45,001 nt of DNA from a virus (taxonomy: Duplodnaviria; Caudoviricetes), in the IMG/VR virus record IMGVR_UViG_3300025676_000029, positions 1-45,001 of that record. One strand, 5' to 3'. The translations under genes and the position numbers were made by a program. The notes under the pieces are model-generated. The model was given only the letters and a program-made list of their open reading frames with translations. It was not told where the DNA came from and did not search any database. Each line of letters starts with the position of its first letter. Within the stretch, counting starts at the first letter, position 1. Positions 38,101-43,656 of the stretch are shown here, piece after piece.

Positions 38101-40688
38101 AAGGTGATCAAATAGAGTTTATGGACACAAATCGTTTTGGAAGAAGCGAATATTTTGCAGAAGCTCTTGTTGAGAGTAAAATAACGGAAATAGGTTTTCA
38201 ATTGGGAAGAGGCATTAAGCTAGAAAGTGTTATTAAAACATCTCCTGATGGTGAAATAAGATTAGATCTTAATAAATTACGTAAAATAGATCCTGACGTT
38301 AAAGGTTTGCCTAAAGAGACAGCTGGAGTTGAGCAATTTAAATTCAGTAAAAACAAAAAGAATTTAAGTAAAGATTTTAATAAAATACTAGAAGAAGTTA
38401 AAGGCATTGGAAAAGAAAAGACATTTAGTTTGGCTAAAGCTAAATTAGTTGGTAAAGGTAAGGGTAAGTACAAAATTTTTGGAACTCCAGGAGCTGAAGA
38501 TTTCGCGGGATTAGTAACTTATGCTTTTGCTGGTAAAGGAAAACAAGGGGAGATGCACAAGAAGTTTTTTGAAGAAAACTTACAAAAACCTTTTAATAGA
38601 GCTTACAACGATATACACTCTAGAAAGCAAAATATATCTAACGATTACAAAGCCTTGAGAAAAGCAATGCCAGAAGTTAGAAGTAGATTAAACGAAGCGG
38701 TAGATGGAGTTTATACTGTAGACAATGCTATTAGAGTACATCTATGGAATAAAGCTGGAATCGAAATACCTGGTTTGTCTAAGACGGATTTAAAAACACT
38801 AACAGATTTTGTTAGAAAAGACGGTGAGTTAACTTTATTCGCCGAGCAGTTGTCTCAAATAACAATGTTAAAAGAGGGTTATCTTAAGCCAGCGGATTAT
38901 TGGTTAGGTGAAAACATAACAATAGATATGAACAATGTTGTTGATCGTGTTTATAGGAAAGAAGCTCTAGCTGAGTTTGTGGAAAACAGAGAAGCTATAT
39001 TTGGCAAATGGAAGGGAGGGGAAATAGTAGGAGAAAACATGAACAAAATAGAGGCTGCCTACGGACCTAAACATAGAGAGGCTTTAGAAAATATTTTATG
39101 GAGAATGGAAAACGGTACCAACAGAAAGACCGGAGCTGATTCCAACACTAACAAATGGATGAATTGGGTTAACAGTGCGACTGGAACTATAATGTTCTTT
39201 AACCAGAAATCCGCAGTGTTACAAACTATATCTAGTTTAAATTACGTTAACGGTACGTTTAATAATCCGTTAAGAGCAGCTCAAGCTTTTGCTAACCAAA
39301 AACAATACTGGGCTGATTTTGTTAAAATATTTGGCTCAGATATGATGGTGCAAAGAAGATCTGGATTAAAAATAAACATTGAAGCAAACGAACTAATAGA
39401 AAGAGTAGGTAGTGGAGAAGGAGGTTTTGCTAAGTTTAGAGCTTACTTATTGGAAAAAGGATTTATACCTACAAAATATGCCGATAGTTTTGCTATTGCT
39501 TCAGGTGGTGCAACTTACTATAGAAATAGTATTAGAAAGTACGAAAAAGAAGGTTTGTCAACTAAAGAGGCTGAGAAAAAGGCTTGGGAAGATTTTACTG
39601 AAATGACAGAAGCAACACAACAGTCTTCTCGTCCTGATTTAATATCTATGCAACAAGCCTCTGCTCTTGGTAGACCAATATTAGCCTTTGCTAATACTCC
39701 TATGCAGATGTTTAGAAGACACAAAAGGCGTATTCAAGACATAGCAAACGGAAGAGGTAATACCGCTGAGAACGTTGGTAGTGCTCTGTATTATGGCTTT
39801 GCGCAAACGTTATTATTCTCATACTTAGCCAACGCTATGTTCGCTGTAGACGACGAAAGTGACGATCCAGAGGACATTGAGTTTGCAGAAAAAAAGAAAT
39901 CTAGACACGTTAATACCATTGCGGATTCTTATTTAAGAGGTATGGGTACTGGAGGTGCTAGTGTAGCTGCTTTAAAAAACGGAATAATGAGTTTTATAAA
40001 CGAGTCTAAAAAGGATCATAACGCTGACTACGGTAACACTGTTATAGATATGTTAAATGTATCTCCACCTATCGGATCTAAAGCTAGAAAACTATATAGC
40101 GCTGGCAAGTCTTATATGTATAACAAAGAAGCTGTGCACGAAATGGGGTTAGATTTTGACAACCCAGCTACTATGGCTATAGCAAACGTTATATCAGCGT
40201 TTACAAACATGCCTACAGATAGAGCTGTTATGAAGATTCAAAATATTAGAGACGCATCTATGGGTGATTTTGAAAACTGGCAAAGAATAGCTATGTTTAT
40301 GGGTGTTAACAAGTGGCAGCTAGGAGTCGGTGAAAAAGGACCTGGTGAAATAAGAGTTGAGGAGGTTGAAACTAGAGTTAAAGGAGAAAAGAAAACAAAG
40401 AAAAAAGAAATAAAACAACAAGAAAACCAAGTTTTAGAAAATCAATTTAAGAACGAACAAAAAAAGGAAAAGAAACAAGGAAAAAAAGATGTAACTTGTA
40501 GTTCTGTTGTGAACGGAAGAAGGTGTAACAAGAAAGTAAAAGGAAAAGGCGGTAAGTGTACTATTCACGAAAGCGTAGAAATGCATCCTTCTGGAGAATC
40601 AATACAGTGTAGAAGAAAGAAGTCTAACGGTAAAAGATGTAAGGTTACAACATTCAGTAAAAGTGGACTCTGTTACTATCACGATTAA
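29142..40688 (+). CDS. Giant polyvalent virion cargo / ejection protein, 3848 aa (zincin peptidase, sigma region 2-like, PD-(D/E)XK-like, HAD plus P-loop kinase, PcfJ-like, C-terminal CCCH zinc fingers)
   Basis: HEVIHH at 32754; EDF...NFKP...LSAWI about 33600-33690; YPDF...VEVK about 34992-35045; DFDDT 35901; AGGAGSGKS 36000; IITAR about 36729; YFADD about 36894; NPWCL about 37536; two C-x8/9-C-x10-C-x2-H at 40497-40683. Confidence 0.8.
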   Translation: MDIKTVVQNMINAGESEENIAKVIQSLSPKKVKEEKTIVHADALDMETEVSDGWFSMEEDAAKFFTKHYQNQGLNVGFKEAKVGHNALQMQVNGKDFGEIITLHQGGKAMDFGEIQKHIQFKIDDAAASGALGEEFGDKESSTKRTKEILSLIPDANMLESDDTGEGRAELAHALDKAQGIDVQFDGRINEDGWGNEVDVFDKFGNRRSTETQNVLTKGKEVFGEIFGAISGEGYDQYIGDLSGGVELEDGTYVPYSYIWDRRKELLELKQDGLGLQTEYVKEGDKLVQTFKYDENSDMNSLYNKKISEEGFGSEGALDDYIGDNAFVYFSPGEQEIRLKHIELEGIEDEAERELIKADINKKWKELYPDLSDSDIEDLTLYDKDGNFLRIKKPKIEQRGDVTEEETLIENEADELARENINDLDYLVKKRQEAYLRLILLAKRVSGNKDKVSDQTNYYAKQFGEMFDFSNDALIKDLSQLESIAKFEDIFAISDALGEGRTLKDVDIGILNPNLGSDGKPSKYNITNETLSNLPGGSALAEEYNKALLDFKVLSRSVDLNLDINQTPEEGLFTEIVDDLGKSIAGTGIVNEVSQDEVRDAYRGILEHDGYEVPEHVIESSFWKNGRLGKNNATRDNIESGAEIVTDLAPLLIELAVFKKLGGLKKLQTILGSAKNSKGLRTGLIGRLTNGKRFQGKVPRFLVDKMIAPGVITAAEWASAESLGELATGGAWKAHTIDWEKGETNLTMPIAMGMSAGMFGAFSGAAMKGFERYVPGGKRFLANVKDPNAWQNAKALGIGTKKAVGTPLRMAGQGATATALLVTAETAQAITDDLLADGKVDWAAKWKTISDTDHLIQTWMAMTILSGKDVVPKAREAYRADVARLKRNTEATEKAYKELGVDKNSTETEIDQAAERKIKETEERGKLKMIEPEQRKLDGKQVLDFQQESGLTNAEVKAKVEEIKKAQKDLQSDLRIKDAKAAAISAGRYYEDWVKPNYDRMQNIKNKPPNEWTIDDYNAISDLTFDQMYDVLRRNGMEPNTAEFKLAEDIHASVKHLDYVIKELGIDAKLPEFREEYIRNTLSININDSRIKQLKKIIKDGKNVGLAKVELNKLEEANKITLEKNITLDKRAGVEYEVRLKAEVAAAKVLAESLGANIKTYNAKEWKEAGFEEAEGFYREVDSKGEIHLNLDEIRKTGNLGAPIHEVIHHVLRNAITKTVKLKGGKTKKVVTEKGMEIIDGLMQKFSPKEREIIQKRIDDNYRYDETGKEKAKEDYYDEYITGIGDAIKTKQIKYDQSKFRKIGKLIYPILKPLMPNLYDYKLSKTSSAEATKDLFNMLGDIHLSSSSKRVQKALQKLAETNPKKAAEMADKAIEKKLSKTKEKEIQDLGNEYRVLNKKGKEFLQKSIERGVFDAVEVKKYMKKNNLSEEGYFKETADNKYFSAKKSKDLWDEKGADKVLGEIYGDLENLAGSKAKEYEGTPDFSKEDFISNTVVEMVIHTRNFKPGENNNLSAWINSQLKNKALESIKPKTGIIKGKFEKQIGGEEIRDIESKDMTAEEIYDAKQAAKAIIENATNLRKSLVNEKGEHYITESFIKEVENATMKTLMQKLPEIPTKEFKKALSDSYDSFLRDKMVQIMGKGKEYDTFLENTRETIHEYMPKETLIQLERLVHSKKILAKYPNAKKIFTTKRRITKPTEVDLLVSKELLPKDVSRTSGPNLITKLEAPGIREHMAFFRGKYTDPITGKTESMLDILGYEVNESQLNNRKSKLGGELSINMAFDKTIETMRLPEVMKRRREIENTTSEQAQLEIAEIAKRIDRNPDMKFSKNKVKDYENAASVERDMNYLLREIRLKGREEVYDSKGKLLDTYKDKNISKFTSDFILDLDNRGLIYPEPYKSEIVAQQRYLQGLSSSIRSGSFETIPIQYGIELGKPFGLEVLTKKVTEGGYPDFHSTVHGVPFNVEVKMFDSQLPRTAVGATLNFTTGKHSFKGIELADAQMQGMLTEVSPALKNWQDFVLKEMQQVGINIKEITNTTKVPEDIYLKAKNEGLQVLTSITKPFENGLDYIRDKYAAKTLKDGTSVSNHYIEVQSTAGKELGLYKISDFNPLGLKVPKLDAKVNLKLRFSATSSTPVNAPKGYEKFHKSGQKYYSPSMAFIPVMNMRSISKSSPYSISVKSKFMKLLKSPEFVKLKKLNPKEVTDKITKNVQSIVGKKYSKSTKKEIIKDMETIDKAVNLGRLVNKKKKGMSAWDFDDTLAYTKGGVRYTLPNPSGKPQPKKKVIFVAGGAGSGKSNVIKQLGLEKQGFKIVNQDISLEWLMKNHGLPKDMRDFTTEQKSKFGSLSHQARSIALRKRTKFQGKGDGVIVDGTGASLNVMKKNVKEFTDKGYDVQMMFVETSKDVAVARNKARKERSLSTKIVEGTWEKVQGNKKAYQELFGERFAEVNTDNLKMKDPMPPELVESLDAFTKGYIKARLNAGEFADKGAKLKEQGAEFDFAEFDVVTGGKKGPFFQKALDRVKKFGSEHQYIITARPPEAQVPIHEFLKSQGLNIPLENIKGLGNSTGEAKAMWMLEKFSEGYNDMYFADDALGNVKAVKDVLEQLDVKSKVQLAMRGEDAKIESKESVKDVDRLDAPENYDNIKYSKSHRSEYENTISKHRPDLVKEGKVSQTIDAMFDFVDGLNIPGNKKRKYEQVTTKWLATSNIKLKEDSYKIKEAVELAEKHKEDIFSYKNPNEIIEKYAGKAKTKPTDPNTVKEFAKGTVTNKEYGITEHIVENTKEGQLAVRKVMDTHFGENSNPWCLAQKKDGKLTDDAWMSWRGYEKGPKSMVFQNGKLIAFKGSEQYWDRMDNATDAPVVQIKEGRVTKKVELVPIGGGKASEFVRETRTVSKDKNTVTTEYATETEHYEVGTTVVENRVNGITVKKTTSRPSFDKQGNDVMQVMEVVNYNKKGKATSNKNFEDGKLIAINTYGRPFGEAKVEQIIKEKGDQIEFMDTNRFGRSEYFAEALVESKITEIGFQLGRGIKLESVIKTSPDGEIRLDLNKLRKIDPDVKGLPKETAGVEQFKFSKNKKNLSKDFNKILEEVKGIGKEKTFSLAKAKLVGKGKGKYKIFGTPGAEDFAGLVTYAFAGKGKQGEMHKKFFEENLQKPFNRAYNDIHSRKQNISNDYKALRKAMPEVRSRLNEAVDGVYTVDNAIRVHLWNKAGIEIPGLSKTDLKTLTDFVRKDGELTLFAEQLSQITMLKEGYLKPADYWLGENITIDMNNVVDRVYRKEALAEFVENREAIFGKWKGGEIVGENMNKIEAAYGPKHREALENILWRMENGTNRKTGADSNTNKWMNWVNSATGTIMFFNQKSAVLQTISSLNYVNGTFNNPLRAAQAFANQKQYWADFVKIFGSDMMVQRRSGLKINIEANELIERVGSGEGGFAKFRAYLLEKGFIPTKYADSFAIASGGATYYRNSIRKYEKEGLSTKEAEKKAWEDFTEMTEATQQSSRPDLISMQQASALGRPILAFANTPMQMFRRHKRRIQDIANGRGNTAENVGSALYYGFAQTLLFSYLANAMFAVDDESDDPEDIEFAEKKKSRHVNTIADSYLRGMGTGGASVAALKNGIMSFINESKKDHNADYGNTVIDMLNVSPPIGSKARKLYSAGKSYMYNKEAVHEMGLDFDNPATMAIANVISAFTNMPTDRAVMKIQNIRDASMGDFENWQRIAMFMGVNKWQLGVGEKGPGEIRVEEVETRVKGEKKTKKKEIKQQENQVLENQFKNEQKKEKKQGKKDVTCSSVVNGRRCNKKVKGKGGKCTIHESVEMHPSGESIQCRRKKSNGKRCKVTTFSKSGLCYYHD

Positions 40689-40695
40689 ATAAAGC

Positions 40696-40716
40696 AAAAA
40701 ATACGTAATTATATAC
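40696..40716 (+). promoter_or_regulatory. Candidate promoter motif (aaaaaatac-gtaattatata) upstream of the lysis/fibre block
   Basis: 10 of 11 nt match to gtaactatata at 25651; both follow an A-run. Confidence 0.35.
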
Positions 40717-40733
40717 AAAACTAATACATAGAA

Positions 40734-41057
40734 ATGGCGAAAGAATTAAACGAGGACACAACATTTAAAATGAGTGTTAAAACTATGGGTATGATAGCAG
40801 CCGGTATAGCAGTTATAGTAGGCGGTTGGTACTCTCTTATGCAAGAAATACAAGAAGCAAAAGAGCAACCTGTTCAGATAGATGTTAACATTTTGAAGGA
40901 CGAGATTTTAAAAGCAATACCAGAATCTGAAATCACAAGGATGGAGTTTGATATGAAGGATCAGATGATTAGACAAACAATAATGACAACTCAATCAGAC
41001 GTAGAGGAAATGAAAAAGACTCTAGAGAAAATTGAAGATAAAATCTACAACAGATGA
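40734..41057 (+). CDS. Single-TM plus coiled-coil membrane protein (holin- or spanin-like candidate)
   Basis: Hydrophobic MGMIAAGIAVIVGGWYSLM, then coiled coil; lies upstream of the putative endolysin. Confidence 0.5.
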   Translation: MAKELNEDTTFKMSVKTMGMIAAGIAVIVGGWYSLMQEIQEAKEQPVQIDVNILKDEILKAIPESEITRMEFDMKDQMIRQTIMTTQSDVEEMKKTLEKIEDKIYNR

Positions 41058-41395
41058 AACCAATTTATAAGATATGGACAGCCTATATATTACTAATTAT
41101 ATTTATGATAATAGCTGGAACGTCTTATGGACAAATAGTGGTAACACATTTTAATGCTGAATGGAACGAACTAAATAAAACCGAATGGGTTGACGAACTA
41201 GAAAAGTGTGAAATTACCCACGTGCAGTGTCCTGAGAAAATAAAGAAACACAAAGTTAAAGTTTTACCAACTATAATTGTATTTAAAGACGGAGAAGAAA
41301 TATATAGATTTGAGGCTGATCTAAGTTTTAAAATAGCAGCAACAAAAGAGGAGTTACAAGAATATGTTAATGAACTAGTTAAAGACGTACATTAA
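41054..41395 (+). CDS. Exported thioredoxin-fold protein lacking CxxC
   Basis: Signal-like N-terminus ending SYG-Q; VVTHFNAEWN in place of xxDFxAxWCxxC; cis-Pro region VKVLPTIIVFKDGEEI. Confidence 0.65.
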   Translation: MKPIYKIWTAYILLIIFMIIAGTSYGQIVVTHFNAEWNELNKTEWVDELEKCEITHVQCPEKIKKHKVKVLPTIIVFKDGEEIYRFEADLSFKIAATKEELQEYVNELVKDVH

Positions 41396-42012
41396 TGACA
41401 TATAAATATACTAAAGAACAGATAAAAGATACTGTAGAAGGATTAGGCTATAAGTACTTTACTGGAGACAATTACGATGTAAATATAATTGGTGTTCGAA
41501 ATTCTAAAACCGAAGGTAAGATAACAAATAGGTTTGACGACACAATGACCATCTCTTACAAAGACGAAAACGGTGAATGGCAATACCAAGAATACGATTG
41601 TACTACAGATCCAGGAGATGACTGGATGGAAAATCCTTGGATAGATAAAATAGGTTGTGCGGTTTTGAAACCTGGACAATATAGAGGTTCTCATAAACTT
41701 AGGTTACATGGAGGTAAATACCTAGCTTTAGGGCAGAAAGAACCCGTAACAGTATACAGAGACAACAATAGAAATGATAAATATGAATTTGACGAATCGT
41801 CTGTAGACACAGGTGTGTTTGGAATCAACATACATAGAGCCACAGCGTTAGAAGGTAAAACTTCTACGTACGTAAACAAGTGGTCAGCCGGGTGCCAGGT
41901 ATTAGCATCTAACGACGATTGGATGGAATTCCTAGGTATATGCCAAGAAGCTAGAGAACATTGGGGTAATTCATTTTCATACACATTAATAGAAAGTAAA
42001 AATATAAAATAA
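41395..42012 (+). CDS. Putative endolysin with L,D-transpeptidase (YkuD)-like His/Cys catalytic motif
   Basis: LKPGQY and GINIH-x14-WSAGCQV resemble the YkuD H...SxGC motif; lysis-cassette context. Confidence 0.65.
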   Translation: MTYKYTKEQIKDTVEGLGYKYFTGDNYDVNIIGVRNSKTEGKITNRFDDTMTISYKDENGEWQYQEYDCTTDPGDDWMENPWIDKIGCAVLKPGQYRGSHKLRLHGGKYLALGQKEPVTVYRDNNRNDKYEFDESSVDTGVFGINIHRATALEGKTSTYVNKWSAGCQVLASNDDWMEFLGICQEAREHWGNSFSYTLIESKNIK

Positions 42013-42018
42013 AAGAAT

Positions 42019-42426
42019 ATGGCAACAATAACAACAACGATAACAATAAATAGTACAGATCTTTTAACGGATGAATTATCGTTATCTACTACAGCAACAT
42101 TAACAACGGCCGGTACGTCTACTGGTTTAACTGGTACTGCTGGTTTAGCTAGAAAGAAAACTGGAAACACAAGCGAATACACTTTGTTTGCCGCCGCGAG
42201 TTATACAGACGACAAGGCTCATAAAGCGTATTTAAAAAACACATCAACAACAGCAGCTCAATATTTTATAGTAGAAGTAGCTGGTGCTGTCGTGGGTAGA
42301 TTGTACGCTGGCGATTGGGCTTTAATTCCTTGGGCAGCTGATACTACAAGTACAAATTGTGATATAGATATAACGCCATCAGCGGCAGATATGACGTTAG
42401 AGTATATGCTATTTACAGACGAATAA
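42019..42426 (+). CDS. Small beta-rich virion protein, paralog 1
   Basis: MATIT..., KAYLKN, GRLYAGDWALIP, LEYMLF. Confidence 0.65.
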   Translation: MATITTTITINSTDLLTDELSLSTTATLTTAGTSTGLTGTAGLARKKTGNTSEYTLFAAASYTDDKAHKAYLKNTSTTAAQYFIVEVAGAVVGRLYAGDWALIPWAADTTSTNCDIDITPSAADMTLEYMLFTDE

Positions 42427-42455
42427 ATAATAACAACTAAATAAATAAATAAATT

Positions 42456-42872
42456 ATGGCAACAACAACAGCAGCGGTAACGCTAACAAGTGATCTATTG
42501 TCAGACGAAATGTCCGTAAATGCAACTACAACTTGCATGAAAGCGGGCACTACTGCTGATGGTTTAGATGGCATGGAATATGGATACTTAGATTTAGTAA
42601 CTGGAGATGAGTATGATCTTATAGGAGCAACTCCAACAGCGAGTAAGGCGAGTAAACTTTACTTAAAAAACCACTCTACAGATGAAACTTACTTTGTAGC
42701 AATCACTCAGGGCACGCAAGCTATAGGTAAATTATATGGTGGTGACTGGATGTTTATTCCAGCAGATTTTCACGATGCAGCTGGGGAAATCGCAGTAACC
42801 GCGAACGGAGGTACAAATAAAATATGTTACGCTTTGTTTCACGAGGGAATAACTAAAGATGCGTCAGCATAA
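42456..42872 (+). CDS. Small beta-rich virion protein, paralog 2
   Basis: MATTT..., KLYLKN, GKLYGGDWMFIP, ICYALF. Confidence 0.65.
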   Translation: MATTTAAVTLTSDLLSDEMSVNATTTCMKAGTTADGLDGMEYGYLDLVTGDEYDLIGATPTASKASKLYLKNHSTDETYFVAITQGTQAIGKLYGGDWMFIPADFHDAAGEIAVTANGGTNKICYALFHEGITKDASA

Positions 42873-42896
42873 TAATAACTTTAAAAATAAATAAAT

Positions 42897-43319
42897 ATGG
42901 CAACAACAGCAACGATAAGTATATCTTCAGATATAGCTCCGGGCTTTGGTGGGATTAGTGAGTCAATGACGCTAACACAAGCTGGTACACTTACAGATAT
43001 AGATAGCACTTCAGGATTTCAAATAAGAAAATTATCGGCAACGGGCGCGGTAGATTTAATCACAATGGCCAGCGAAATTGTAGAACCAAAAGATAGTGTA
43101 GCATCTAAGATATTCATTAGAAATATTGGATACAGAGGCGTTATAGATAAATCAGTGGGGGTTACGATAGGTGTAAACGCAGAGCCTATCGGCCTGCTTT
43201 ATGGTGGAGACTGGATGATGATGCCTCTTACTTGTATAGATGCGGATGACATTACGGCTAACCCTACCACAGACGACACTGTGGTTATAGAGTATGTAAT
43301 GTTCTTTGAAGAAGCGTAA
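42897..43319 (+). CDS. Small beta-rich virion protein, paralog 3
   Basis: MATTA..., KIFIRN, GLLYGGDWMMMP, IEYVMF. Confidence 0.65.
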   Translation: MATTATISISSDIAPGFGGISESMTLTQAGTLTDIDSTSGFQIRKLSATGAVDLITMASEIVEPKDSVASKIFIRNIGYRGVIDKSVGVTIGVNAEPIGLLYGGDWMMMPLTCIDADDITANPTTDDTVVIEYVMFFEEA

Positions 43320-43322
43320 CAA

Positions 43323-43655
43323 ATGGCTTTTACAGCGTATCATAATATTACTGGGTCTACTGGTGTAGATGTGGAACTTATCGCTCCCGGTGAAAATGTC
43401 GGGACGATAAAATCTATTATGATAACTAATACTCACGCTACGGCGGATGCTACGGTTACTTTGTTTGTAGAGAACGATCCAACCGCGGCAGCGGCTAGCA
43501 TATTTAAAATACTAAGTACAGTAGCTATACCGTCTGACACGTCTTTACTTTTAGATAATAGCAGTGTTTTATCTTTTGATAACTCCGCTAGTGGATATGG
43601 GTTATATGTAACGATTGGTAGCTCCGATACGTTAGATATAATGATAAACATTTAA
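43323..43655 (+). CDS. Small beta-sandwich virion protein, 110 aa
   Basis: IKSIMITNTH...VTLFV...VAIPSDTSL pattern; co-oriented and tightly packed. Confidence 0.55.
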   Translation: MAFTAYHNITGSTGVDVELIAPGENVGTIKSIMITNTHATADATVTLFVENDPTAAAASIFKILSTVAIPSDTSLLLDNSSVLSFDNSASGYGLYVTIGSSDTLDIMINI

Positions 43656-43656
43656 T

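Noticed and set aside
29142-40688. Virion RNA polymerase in the giant protein (as in crAss-like or N4-like phages)
   Set aside because: No DxDxD catalytic motif of the DFDID/DFDGD type was seen. DFDDT is a HAD motif I with matching downstream HAD motifs, and LDFDNP lacks the third Asp.
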